Shown piece by piece: positions 1 to 9,187 of a stretch of 42,851 nt of DNA. The number at the start of each line of letters is the position of its first letter. The first letter of the stretch is position 1. Source of the DNA: Planctomycetota bacterium (lineage in GTDB: Bacteria > Planctomycetota > Phycisphaerae > WQYP01); the NCBI GenBank assembly GCA_021790475.1, contig JAJYDU010000003.1:1-42851 (forward strand), written 5' to 3'. The notes below the pieces were generated by a model, which was given only the letters and a program-made list of their open reading frames with translations, was not told where the DNA came from and did no database searches. The translations under genes and the position numbers were made by a program.

Positions 1-727
1 CAATCTCGCCATGCCTTAACCGTTTGGCGTAACCGACGCTGTCTTCCTCGCGCCGCAGATCCGCAATGGTTCCCTCCGCAAGATAACGGTCGCTGGCGTG
101 CATGGTAACGACACGGCGTTTGATACGCCGTAGAAGTTCCAGAGGGTCTTCCCCCGCCAGAATGGTATTGCTCGGGTCGTAATTCACGCCGAAATGGGGC
201 GATTCAATGCGCTGGACCAGATCGCAGAAAACATCCATTTTCTGGGCGAATTCAGGAAACTTCCAGTAATTATCCTTGTAGTGATTTTCCAGCGTCAAGG
301 TTACCCCATTCGCCGTCGCGTACTCCAAACACGCTTCGATGCATTCGGCCGCGTAGCGAATGCCATCTTCCCGGCTCACTTCCGGCCGGCGCTGGCCGGA
401 AAGCACGCGACAAAATTGACCGCCCAGAACGGCGGTCATATCGATCCAGCGTTTTTCCTGTTCAATCTGGGCGATGCGGAAGGCGGGATCGGGATGGGTA
501 AAATCCGGGGAACAACATATCATGGGGATGCAAAGTCCATGGTCTTGCGCTATTCTTCCCGCGATCGGCCACTGTCTGCTGTCTTTGAGCTCGCGGAATC
601 CGCTGTAAAACTCCAGCCCCTGAATATCCAGCGTGGCCGCCAACTCAATCCACTGCCGCAGCGACAGCGAGCCATCGATGCACAGGGCATCCAGAAACGC
701 CTTGGGAAATGCCGCCAGTCGTGGCAT
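1..727 (-). CDS. Sugar phosphate isomerase/epimerase (xylose isomerase-like TIM barrel), truncated by the window edge
   Basis: Not in the ORF track because it runs off the edge. Manual translation from ATG 727 gives MPRLAAFPKAFLDALC...LENHYKD...VNYDPSN...TMHASD, with the typical metal-ligand motifs. The start overlaps the SDR stop (TGATG). Confidence 0.85.
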   Translation of the reverse strand, partial: MPRLAAFPKAFLDALCIDGSLSLRQWIELAATLDIQGLEFYSGFRELKDSRQWPIAGRIAQDHGLCIPMICCSPDFTHPDPAFRIAQIEQEKRWIDMTAVLGGQFCRVLSGQRRPEVSREDGIRYAAECIEACLEYATANGVTLTLENHYKDNYWKFPEFAQKMDVFCDLVQRIESPHFGVNYDPSNTILAGEDPLELLRRIKRRVVTMHASDRYLAEGTIADLRREEDSVGYAKRLRHGEI

Positions 728-1569
728 CAGTTATTCTCCTTCGCCGGATGGCGGCGGAGCACGGGACCGGAAGCATCATAAACGCCCTTGAGCAAGGTGT
801 TCTCCTTTACTGGATTGCGGCCGATCACAGGGTACTGTTCCAGGTCCAGAACCGTCCCGGATAGAGGCCGGCTTTCGTCATTGAGCCAAAACACCGCGGC
901 GGCGGCGATATGTTCGGGAGTGAGAATACGGCCCGAGGGCGCAAATTCCCCCGGTACGCGTTCCGGCCAGTCCGCCGGCAATCCTTCCGACATTTTCAGC
1001 TTGTATTCATTGGGCGTAAGAATCCAGCCCAGGTTGAAATGGTTGACCCGTACCCCCCGGGCGGCCAAGGCGTCGGCCAGATTTCGCGACAACGTCATCA
1101 AGGCGCCTTTGGATATGCTGTAATCCAACTGATTGGTCTCGCCGGTATAGGCGTTGACCGAACCGATGTTGAGCACGCTTCCCTTGCTTCGTTGGAGCTG
1201 TTCCAGGGCCGCCTGGATCAGCAGCAGCGGAGCGCGCACGTTAATCGCCATCACCCGGTCAAACAGGGCGGCGTCCGTCGTATGAATATTGCTTCGCACA
1301 ACCCAGGCGGCGTTGTTGACCAGGCCATCCAGGCGGCCGAAAGCCGCCAGTGCCGCCGCCACGATTCGTTCGGGCGCCTTCGCGTCCGACAGGTCGTCGA
1401 TATGCAGGCAAGCGGCGGAACCCAGCGCGGCGGCGACGCGCTCGCCCACCTGGCGCTTCGAGCCGTGTATAAGCACCTTGGCCCCTTCCGCCGCGCAGCG
1501 GCGGGCGATGGCTTCGCCCACACCGGTCGTACTGCCGGTAACGATGATAACCTTGTCTTTCAAGCGCAC
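727..1569 (-). CDS. Short-chain dehydrogenase/reductase (SDR)
   Basis: TGSTTGVG Rossmann motif, NNAA and catalytic YSISK. The GTG start at 1569 is preceded by GGAGGAGG. The longer ORF to 1881 overlaps the upstream gene. Confidence 0.92.
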   Translation of the reverse strand: MRLKDKVIIVTGSTTGVGEAIARRCAAEGAKVLIHGSKRQVGERVAAALGSAACLHIDDLSDAKAPERIVAAALAAFGRLDGLVNNAAWVVRSNIHTTDAALFDRVMAINVRAPLLLIQAALEQLQRSKGSVLNIGSVNAYTGETNQLDYSISKGALMTLSRNLADALAARGVRVNHFNLGWILTPNEYKLKMSEGLPADWPERVPGEFAPSGRILTPEHIAAAAVFWLNDESRPLSGTVLDLEQYPVIGRNPVKENTLLKGVYDASGPVLRRHPAKENN

Positions 1570-2462
1570 GATCGGGCCTCCTCCCAGACTTTGTAAAATC
1601 CTCGCCGCCCCTCTTCGATAACCCGGGCCGGATCCGCCCGCCAGAGGGAATCGGGCAGATCGTGGCTGGAGAAAATCTCCAGACAATAAGCCCCCTTGTA
1701 ACCCGCCCGCTCCAGGGCGCCGAGCAATGTCGGCCAGGGAATGATTCCCTGGCCCGGTAATACGCGGTCGCCCAATCGCCGCGGCTGTTCCCGCGGCCAG
1801 TCGCACACGTGTACGCCCAGGAGCTGTTGGCCCAGACCGGCGATCCGCCGGGCGATGTCCGGTTCGTGCCATACGTGCCATACGTCCAACATCAGGCCGA
1901 AATGGGGATGATCCACGTCTTCAATCAGCCGCAAAGCGTCCCCGAGTGTGCAGATAAACGTATCGGCATTCATCAGAATGGGATTCAACGGTTCAAACAT
2001 GATTCGCACGCCATGATCGGCGGCGTACCTGGCCAGATCCGGGTAAAGTTTGCGGGCCGTCTGCTGTGCCAGACGAAAATTATGCCCCGGCGCATTGCCG
2101 CTGATGGTTACCAGCGGCAAATTCTCCCCCGGAAAACTCTCGGAAAATAGATCGATCGTTTGCCGGTACCGCCGCAACCGTTCCGCGGGATCATCTATAT
2201 TCGGGCACATGGAGTCCTCGAAAAGAGCATGAACCCGCGGCTGAACGCTGGTAACTTTCAGCGGGCCTTCCTTGAGCCGGGCCAATTGCTCCCGCGCTTC
2301 GCCCCGGTCGGTAGAGAGTTTGCGTTCACAGACCTCGATGCCCGCCACGCCGAGCCGGCGATAGAGCGCCACATCCTCCTGGAAGCTCTGATCCCAGGTG
2401 GTGAACTCGCTGACGGAAAAAAACGGTAAAGGATCCATGGGTCTCCCGGTGTCTGGAATCAT
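1560..2462 (-). CDS. Sugar phosphate isomerase/epimerase (TIM barrel)
   Basis: FEPLNP, LDVWH, HVCD, RVLPGQG and LEIFS motifs. ATGA overlap with the upstream gene. Confidence 0.88.
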   Translation of the reverse strand: MIPDTGRPMDPLPFFSVSEFTTWDQSFQEDVALYRRLGVAGIEVCERKLSTDRGEAREQLARLKEGPLKVTSVQPRVHALFEDSMCPNIDDPAERLRRYRQTIDLFSESFPGENLPLVTISGNAPGHNFRLAQQTARKLYPDLARYAADHGVRIMFEPLNPILMNADTFICTLGDALRLIEDVDHPHFGLMLDVWHVWHEPDIARRIAGLGQQLLGVHVCDWPREQPRRLGDRVLPGQGIIPWPTLLGALERAGYKGAYCLEIFSSHDLPDSLWRADPARVIEEGRRGFYKVWEEARSCA

Positions 2463-3481
2463 GGTTTGAGCAAAGCCTTGACAATCCGCCCGCTGTGCAT
2501 TTTTTCAAAGGCCTCCTGCCATTGGTCCAATGCCCAGACGCCGCCGATGATCGGCGCCACGTCAAGTTGCGCCGAGGCCAGCAGGTCGATCACGCGTTCC
2601 CATATCGGCCAGTTATGGCTGAAACTGCCCTGCAATGTAATGTTCTTTTGTACCAGCGGGTCCAGCGAAAAACCCAGCGGCTGCGGTCCCCAGCCCACCT
2701 TGCTGATCCATCCGTTGGGGCGGACAATCCGCAACGCTTTTTGCAATATCGCCGAAACGCCCGCGGCGTCAATCACGCCGTCCACTCCCAGCCCGTCGCC
2801 TTGTCCGGCCCACTCGTCCAGGCCTTCGATCATCGGAAGGCAGCCGTATTTCCGGACCACTTCCAGACGGGTACGGTCGCGCTCCAGGCCGACAATGGCC
2901 ACCGTTGCTCCGCAGAGCCGGGCCACCGCGGCGCATAGAATGCCGATGGGACCCGGGCCGAAAACCACCACGCGATCGCCGGGTTTGATGGCGGCGTTAT
3001 AAACCACCGCGTGGTAGGCTACGCAGCATGGTTCCGTCAACGCCGCTTTCTCAAATGTCAGATTCGCCGGCAGCCGATGCAGGCACCGGGCGGGAACCCG
3101 CACGAAGCGGGTCATCGCCCCGTTCACGCCATAGCCGAATCCCTGGCGCGTCGGATCTAAATTGTACAGACCCTGGCGGGACATGGGGTTGTTCGGATCG
3201 ATGACCGCCGCCGTCTCGCTTACCACGCGATCGCCCGGCTGCCATCCGACCGCGCGTTCGCCGGCCTCCTGGATCACGCCGGCGAATTCATGACCCAGAA
3301 TCACGGGATAATTCACCGGCCAGCTATGATCGCCCGTCCATTGATGCAAATCGCTGCCGCACACGCCGACCGCCGCAACTTCCAGCAGTACGTCGTCCGG
3401 ACCGATCGGGGGACGCGCTGTCGGGCGGAGTTCCACGCTATATCTGGCCGCTGCGAAATTGACCACCGCCGGATCACTCAT
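2459..3481 (-). CDS. Zinc-binding MDR dehydrogenase (sorbitol/L-iditol-like)
   Basis: GVCGSD, GHEFAG and GPGPIG motifs. The four-Cys structural Zn site is absent. Confidence 0.92.
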   Translation of the reverse strand: MSDPAVVNFAAARYSVELRPTARPPIGPDDVLLEVAAVGVCGSDLHQWTGDHSWPVNYPVILGHEFAGVIQEAGERAVGWQPGDRVVSETAAVIDPNNPMSRQGLYNLDPTRQGFGYGVNGAMTRFVRVPARCLHRLPANLTFEKAALTEPCCVAYHAVVYNAAIKPGDRVVVFGPGPIGILCAAVARLCGATVAIVGLERDRTRLEVVRKYGCLPMIEGLDEWAGQGDGLGVDGVIDAAGVSAILQKALRIVRPNGWISKVGWGPQPLGFSLDPLVQKNITLQGSFSHNWPIWERVIDLLASAQLDVAPIIGGVWALDQWQEAFEKMHSGRIVKALLKP

Positions 3482-4673
3482 TTTTTACTCTCCAGCTTTC
3501 GGAGCGGCTGGTTATTCCGTCGCTCCGGAAAGCATTGTAATCGTCTACGATTTTCCCGACCAACCGCACCCGTTTGATGTCGCCATGGGACGATATCTCG
3601 TCGCTCGCTCCGAGAATCAAGTGCGGCGCAAAGAGGTCAATACATTTTTTTGCGCAGTCGGATAATGTTTGTTCGCTGTAGGTGGGATCGAAAAAAACCG
3701 CCGGTATGCCGTCCAGCAGATACATATCGCCCAGGGCTTTTTTGGTTTCTTCCAACGTTACATCGCCCTGGGGCAGCGGGGTGATCGCTTCAATACCGTC
3801 CAGGCCGGTTTCCCTGGCATAAGGCAGCAACGGCTTGCACAGCCCGTCCCAGTGCGAGCAAACGAACTTGCCGGCGGCATGCAGCCGCCGGCTCCATCGC
3901 TGATACAAGGGCAGAATATGCCTCTCAAAGAGCCTGGGAGACATGGTTCCGGCGTGCAGATTATCTCCAAAATTAACCAGATGAATCGGGCTGGCGTTGA
4001 TCTCTTCGATGAGCCGTTCTTTCCATAGGATCAGGGCCTCAAAATAGCGCTCGCACGTCGCCGGGTAATCCTGCAATGCGTAGGTTGCGGCCTCGATTCC
4101 CATGTCGTTGATATATAAATGCTGGAGCGTGGTGCGGGGCAAATTCATCGTCGGGGCGCCCAATCCGCGCCACCTGGCCGCGACGCCGTCGAACATCCGC
4201 TGATCCCAGGACCAGACCATCCGCTCCGTCCGCCAGGCGGCAACTTTCATTTCCTGTTCGTCGGAAACAGGCCACTTGATCGGCTTGTGCCAGGGACTCT
4301 CCTTGCTGCGGCGATAAATGGCGCGCTGGCTGCCAACCGGCGTGTCCCAACACAGTTCATAGTCGCTCGCATCAAGATCCCTCTTGGAAAACCGCACCGC
4401 CGCATCTTCTTTGCACTTGAAAGCGCTTTCGTATTCATACACCCGGTTGGAACAGCCCAGCGCGCGGTAGATCTGGGGCAGGGACATTCCCGTATAAGGC
4501 GCGGGCAGAGCTTCGCCGGAGAAAATTTTGTCGTCGTACCACGCCAGAATACGCGGCTGCCAGATGATTTTGCCCCCGGCTTTTCCGAAGGCTACGTCAA
4601 GATGCAATTGCGCAAGATCAAGATGGCTATGATCGGTGGGACGAACTGCCGTTCCTGTGGGCGGGGTGCTCAT
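3474..4673 (-). CDS. Uroporphyrinogen decarboxylase / MtaA-CmuA-like family protein
   Basis: TPVG motif, FGDN...MSPRLFERHILPLY, SHWDG, DGIEAITP and ILGASD, typical of the URO-D-like TIM barrels expanded in PVC bacteria. Confidence 0.75.
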   Translation of the reverse strand: MSTPPTGTAVRPTDHSHLDLAQLHLDVAFGKAGGKIIWQPRILAWYDDKIFSGEALPAPYTGMSLPQIYRALGCSNRVYEYESAFKCKEDAAVRFSKRDLDASDYELCWDTPVGSQRAIYRRSKESPWHKPIKWPVSDEQEMKVAAWRTERMVWSWDQRMFDGVAARWRGLGAPTMNLPRTTLQHLYINDMGIEAATYALQDYPATCERYFEALILWKERLIEEINASPIHLVNFGDNLHAGTMSPRLFERHILPLYQRWSRRLHAAGKFVCSHWDGLCKPLLPYARETGLDGIEAITPLPQGDVTLEETKKALGDMYLLDGIPAVFFDPTYSEQTLSDCAKKCIDLFAPHLILGASDEISSHGDIKRVRLVGKIVDDYNAFRSDGITSRSESWRVKNE

Positions 4674-5377
4674 GTCTTTGGTTTTTTTTCCTCTCCATAC
4701 GCGTGCACTTTTTGACAGATCAGCCGCAGGGATTCTTCGACATTGCCGCCGGCTCTCTTGAAAGAGTCGGCGTCAATCGTCAGAGGCGCTCCGAGCACAA
4801 CCAGCGGCGCGCCGTATTCGGGCGTGCGCACCGCCTGCTCAATGTTCAGCCCGCCGACCGCCTGTACCGGTACGCGCACCGCGGCGACCACCTCCCGCAG
4901 TTGATCCAGGGGACTCGGCGGGCGTTGTCCCCGCGCCGCAATGCCGCGGCGTTCGTCGTAGCCAATGTGATGGATGACAAAATCGCAGCCCATCTCCTCC
5001 AGGTAGCGGGCGCCCGCCACCATGTCCGGGCAAGCCAAATTGTCGCCCATCACTTTCAGATGGTAATCGCGTCCGGCTTTGACCACGCAGCGGATGGTTT
5101 CTTCCTGCGCCCGCGCCATCACGACTACATGGGTAGCGCCGGCTTGGGCCATTAACTCCGCTTCCAGGTAGCCGCCATCCATGGTCTTCAAGTCCGCCAC
5201 AATCGGTATATCCGGAAATTCCCTTCGCAGCGCCCGCACGCCGTTCATACCTTCCGCGATGATCAGGGGTGTACCGGCCTCCAGCCAATCGACCCCGGCG
5301 CGCAGGGCCATTTTGGCGGTATCGAGAGCCTCCGCAATTTGGATTACATCAAGGGAGATTTGCACGACTGGCCGCAC
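4670..5377 (-). CDS. 3-hexulose-6-phosphate synthase / KGPDC (OMP decarboxylase/HUMPS family) protein
   Basis: QISLD, EAGTPLI, ADLKTMDGG and AVGG motifs. GTG start with an AAGGAA RBS. Confidence 0.88.
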   Translation of the reverse strand: MRPVVQISLDVIQIAEALDTAKMALRAGVDWLEAGTPLIIAEGMNGVRALRREFPDIPIVADLKTMDGGYLEAELMAQAGATHVVVMARAQEETIRCVVKAGRDYHLKVMGDNLACPDMVAGARYLEEMGCDFVIHHIGYDERRGIAARGQRPPSPLDQLREVVAAVRVPVQAVGGLNIEQAVRTPEYGAPLVVLGAPLTIDADSFKRAGGNVEESLRLICQKVHAYGEEKKPKT

Positions 5378-5435
5378 GGCTCGGTTCCTTTATGCACAAC
5401 AGTTCCGACCGCTTTCGACAGAAGAAACTTTTCGG

Positions 5436-5465
5436 GTTATACGTGGTGCATGATGTTTTGGTCAA
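5436..5465 (-). promoter_or_regulatory. Probable sigma70 promoter of the sugar-catabolic operon
   Basis: Minus strand reads TTGACC-N18-TATAAC, about 60 nt upstream of the GTG at 5377. Confidence 0.6.
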
Positions 5466-5530
5466 GCGAGTCTCGCACGCAATGCCAAGAGGGGGCATGA
5501 CCGATTACGCGGCTGCGTTTCAAACGGGGA

Positions 5531-5590
5531 GCGGGCATCTTGCCCGACTGGAAGGTAATAACTTGGCGGCCTGGAAGGCCGCCCCCCATA
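5531..5590. repeat. Two REP-like palindromes
   Basis: CGGGCA-TCT-TGCCCG at 5532-5546 and GGCGGCC-TGGAA-GGCCGCC at 5566-5584. The first resembles, in reverse complement, GCAGGCAAGATGCGTGC at 9135. Confidence 0.55.
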
Positions 5591-5603
5591 GGCCCGCGGC
5601 GGC

Positions 5604-5682
5604 GCCGCCGCTCTACTTTCAACTTTCTACTTTCCTCCCGCGGCGCAGCCGCCGCTCTACTCTCAACTTTCTACTTTCTTCC
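5604..5682. repeat. Tandem duplication (44-bp period) of the PEP-CTERM gene stop region
   Basis: GCCGCCGCTCTACT(T/C)TCAACTTTCTACTTTC(C/T)TCC at 5604-5638 and 5648-5682, with 2 mismatches. Confidence 0.9.
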
Positions 5683-8218
5683 GCCTGCGCATCAGCAACA
5701 CCAGCCCGCCAGCCGCCAGCAGCACCAGCGTGGTTGGTTCGGGCGTGGGGACGGCCGTGACCTGTAAGCCCAGTGTGTCCGCAGTTGGCGTAAAGTCAAA
5801 TGAGTAACCATCGACGTTCAGTGGGCCGGAATTGGTGTTGGTGAACGAGCCGCTGATGCCGCTGGCCATCAGAAAAGTAAACTTATCGCCCACGTTGGCG
5901 GTAAAGCCGCTCTCCAGATTAAGCACAAGCTCACCACCCAGCGTCGCCGAACCGTTGGCGCTTATGGTGTCATACTGGCCGGTCCCCGTTCCCGTCAGGC
6001 CGATGTCCAGGATGCTCGAGGAAGTGAGAATCATGTTGCCGGGCACGTACATCGAGCTGGGATCCAGTACGACCGTGCCGCTGTTGGTGAAATCGCCGGA
6101 GAAGTTGAACGTGGCGCCATTCTCCAATTTGAAGGTACCGCTGTTGCTGGTCAAACCGGAAATTGCGTTAAACGACGTGCCGCTGCCTTTAAGGATAATC
6201 GTGGCGGCATTGGTGGTGATGTTCCCTCCCCCAAGATTCATGGAAGCGTTGGCGTCAACAATCCAGGTGCCGCCGGTGAGCGTGCCATTGGAAACGTTGG
6301 TGACGGTCCCGCCGTCCGCGGTGATGGTATTTCCAGCAGCGGCCTGCACGGTGCCAACATCGGCGTTGGTGAACGTGCCGCTGTTGAAATGCAGGGTACC
6401 ATTGGTGGCGGCGACGGTACCGTTGTTGGTGAGGGTAGAGCTTTGCAGATAGAAATCGCCCCCCGAATCGGTATTGATCACGCCGTTATTGACCATGGGC
6501 GCGGTGATCGAACCGCCCGCACCGCCGGCGATGGTCTGCCCGGCATCCACGGTAACCACAGCGTTGTTGGCCGCGCTGATCGTGCCACTGCCATAATAGT
6601 AGCTGAAGGCCACTTTCCCGCTGCCGGATAAGTCTCCGGAGCTTGCGAAAACAAGCGGCTGGCCGCCATGGGCGAGGAGGATGGTGCCGTTGTTGGTGAT
6701 GGTTCCGTTGGCCGCCAGGGCGCCGCCGTTGGTGGCGAGGGTGCTGCCGGCCGAAATCGTCACGCCATTAAGCGTTGTTGTGTAGCTGTCAACTTGAAGC
6801 TCGCCGCTGCCGCTGCTGGAAAGAGTTCCTCCGTTCACCGTGGTATTGTAGTAGAAGTTCACGATGCCGCCGGCCGCGGAGATCGTACCACCGGTGTTGT
6901 TGACAGTTAGAACCGAGCTTGATGAAAAGTTGGCGTCGTAGCCGAAAGCCAGGTTTCCGCTGGGATTCGTTGCCTCCAGAGTGCCGGTGTTGGTAATAGT
7001 CGTAGTCAGGTCAGAGGGCGTGGTGGTGAAGTTCAGAGTGTTATTTGTATCAGCGTTCATGGTGCCGCTATTTGTGATATTACCGCTGATCTGCCCGAGG
7101 CCGTGAATAGTGGCGTTGTTGGTCAGGCTGGAAGTGCTGTCAGTACTCAGAGTGCTGCCCGCGCTGGCCATGTGAAGGCCGCCGCTGCCGGCAAGCGTGA
7201 CATTCCGGCCGCCGCTGATGGAAATCCCGCCACCATTCTCAATATCCCCGTTGACGGTAATGGTCCCTTGCAGCGCCAGTGTGCTGGAATTGTTCAGGAT
7301 CGAGCTTGGCGTAATGCTCACACCATTCAGGGTGACGGTGCCGCTGGTATTGATGTAATCGCTGTAGGTGCTCTGATTGCCATCCGAACTCAGCGTTCCG
7401 CCGGTGACCGTTACGCCGTTTTCGATATTGATCTGGCTGCCGGTGCTGCCAGCGCTGCCGGTAGCGTTAATTATGCCGCCGGTGTTGTTGAATGTCATGG
7501 CGTTGCCGTCGCCGATTTGCAGTGAATCGCCGCCGGTGGCCTCCATGGTTCCTTTATTGGTATACGCGGTGGTGGTCGTGGTGATGCTGTTGTCGTAGTT
7601 GTAGGCGTTGGTCAACAATACCATGGGGTTGCCGCCATAGCTGGCGTCGATAGTTCCTTTATTAATTAGATCCGCGCTGATGTAGCCGGCGCCGTTGATT
7701 ATCTGGTTGGCGCCCACGGTCAGGGTGGGGGTGGTAGCGTCGGACAGGAGTACCGAGGCGGAGTTTTGCAGGGTCAGAGTTCCGGTGCCCGTGATGCTCG
7801 TGCCACTGCTTGAGAAAATCAGGTCGGAGTAAGCGCCTCCGCCGCCTTCCACGGCTACCGTGCTGTCATTTTCCAGTGTGCCTCCAATGACGAAGAACAC
7901 GTTGTAGCTCCTTATCCCTCCGGAATTGTCGGCATAGACCTGTAGCTTGGCGCCGCTCTGCACGGTGACGTTATTGATATTGACGTACCCACCACTATTC
8001 TCATCGCAGGCAGTGCCTGTCTCAATGATGGCGTCGTCAGTGGCGGCGGGGACTGAGCCGCTGCTCCAGCCCGCGGAATCGGACCACTTTGCGACGCCGT
8101 TCGGACCCACCGGCAGGAGCCACGTGTCCGTCGCGGCCTGTGCGGAGGATGTGGCCCAGGCGGTGGCCAGCGCCAACAGGGCGCACTTACCGATTAAAAC
8201 GCAACGATTCACTTTCAT
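5663..8218 (-). CDS. PEP-CTERM sorting domain protein with autotransporter passenger-like (beta-helix) T/S/N/G-rich repeats
   Basis: Signal peptide MKVNRC...SSAQA, repeated N-x-G-T-(I/L/M) units, and C-terminus VPTPEPTTLVLLAAGGLVLLMRRRKKVES. The ATG at 8218 has an AGGGAG RBS. Confidence 0.93.
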   Translation of the reverse strand: MKVNRCVLIGKCALLALATAWATSSAQAATDTWLLPVGPNGVAKWSDSAGWSSGSVPAATDDAIIETGTACDENSGGYVNINNVTVQSGAKLQVYADNSGGIRSYNVFFVIGGTLENDSTVAVEGGGGAYSDLIFSSSGTSITGTGTLTLQNSASVLLSDATTPTLTVGANQIINGAGYISADLINKGTIDASYGGNPMVLLTNAYNYDNSITTTTTAYTNKGTMEATGGDSLQIGDGNAMTFNNTGGIINATGSAGSTGSQINIENGVTVTGGTLSSDGNQSTYSDYINTSGTVTLNGVSITPSSILNNSSTLALQGTITVNGDIENGGGISISGGRNVTLAGSGGLHMASAGSTLSTDSTSSLTNNATIHGLGQISGNITNSGTMNADTNNTLNFTTTPSDLTTTITNTGTLEATNPSGNLAFGYDANFSSSSVLTVNNTGGTISAAGGIVNFYYNTTVNGGTLSSSGSGELQVDSYTTTLNGVTISAGSTLATNGGALAANGTITNNGTILLAHGGQPLVFASSGDLSGSGKVAFSYYYGSGTISAANNAVVTVDAGQTIAGGAGGSITAPMVNNGVINTDSGGDFYLQSSTLTNNGTVAATNGTLHFNSGTFTNADVGTVQAAAGNTITADGGTVTNVSNGTLTGGTWIVDANASMNLGGGNITTNAATIILKGSGTSFNAISGLTSNSGTFKLENGATFNFSGDFTNSGTVVLDPSSMYVPGNMILTSSSILDIGLTGTGTGQYDTISANGSATLGGELVLNLESGFTANVGDKFTFLMASGISGSFTNTNSGPLNVDGYSFDFTPTADTLGLQVTAVPTPEPTTLVLLAAGGLVLLMRRRKKVES

Positions 8219-8392
8219 GATTGCAACTCCCTGTTCCAAAACACTCCAAAATTCCGGGTTGCACGCGCCGAGACATGATGTGGCTCCACGGTGCGGCGAA
8301 CCACGTAGTACTTTTACTTTGTCAGTTCATAGATGAGATTTTGCCTCTTCCCGCGGCACGATGCAATACGGGAATAGACGTAGGCTCCGCGT

Positions 8393-8445
8393 CCGCGGCG
8401 CAGCCGCTGCTCTCCTTTCAATTTTCTATTTTCTTCCGCCGGCGC
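8393..8445 (-). repeat. Orphan copy of the PEP-CTERM 3' tail and trailer
   Basis: 53 bp matching 5638-5690 with 6 mismatches and 9165-9215 with 2 mismatches. Reads RRRKKIEN* on the minus strand. Confidence 0.85.
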
Positions 8446-8538
8446 GCCGCTCATGGATAGACCTGACCGCGGCGATAAGAGTGTCCAAGACTTTGCGCGC
8501 GACAAGGTAGAACTCGTTGTGTTACTCATTTTTTTTCC

Positions 8539-8578
8539 CCCATAAAAAGCTAACGCTCCCATAAAAAGCTACCGGTAG
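8539..8578. promoter_or_regulatory. 14-bp direct repeat plus palindrome, a possible transcription factor binding site
   Basis: CCCATAAAAAGCTA at 8539-8552 and 8558-8571, overlapping the palindrome CTACCGGTAG (8569-8578), in an AT-rich region upstream of the PEP-CTERM gene. Confidence 0.45.
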
Positions 8579-8880
8579 TAAAAACAAACCACTATATTAC
8601 AGTATAAACGGATTTATAGGCAATGGCAAAAAAAGTAAAAATTTTTAGGAAATGAGGCAAGCCAGTCGACCTACGGGCAAGTTTCCGCGCATAGAGCGGA
8701 GCAATTTATGAATGGTGCATTGCACAACACTCGCGCCAAATGCGAATAATGGGAGAATTATAGGACCAAATTTATGGGACGTTTATTTCTTTCATGGCAT
8801 GATTTACACTCCACGCGCCGCGCTCTGTTATGAAATCGTCCGGGCGCGAAGCCGGGCCGCGGCGACGGCCCGCATCGCGA

Positions 8881-9131
8881 ATCAAGATGGCTATGATCGG
8901 TTGGACGACCTGCCGTTTCTGTGGGCGGGGTGCTCATGTCTTTGGTTTTTTTTCCTCTCCATACGCGTGCACTTTTTGACAGATCAGCCGCAGGGATTCT
9001 TCGACATTGCCGCCGGCTCTCTTGAAAGAGTCGGCGTCAATCGTCAGAGGCGCTCCGAGCACAACCAGCGGCGCGCCGTATTCGGGCGTGCGCACCGCCT
9101 GCTCAATGCTCAGCCCGCCGACCGCCTGTAC
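8881..9131. repeat. 251-bp direct duplicate of 4617-4867 (3' end of the HPS-like gene and 5' end of the URO-D-like gene), non-coding fragment
   Basis: Ungapped match with 4 mismatches (8902, 8909, 8918, 9109). Confidence 0.97.
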
Positions 9132-9134
9132 TGG

Positions 9135-9157
9135 GCAGGCAAGATGCGTGCGCTACA
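9135..9157 (+). repeat. REP-like hairpin
   Basis: GCAGGC-AAGAT-GCGTGC-GCTACA, an imperfect palindrome immediately right of the duplicated block. Confidence 0.55.
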
Positions 9158-9187
9158 AGAATTAGCGGCGCAACCGCCGCTCTCCTT

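Noticed and set aside
8881-9131. DGR template/variable repeat pair with 4617-4867
   Set aside because: The four mismatches (G/T, A/C, C/T, T/C) are not adenine-specific on either strand, and there is no reverse transcriptase in the window.
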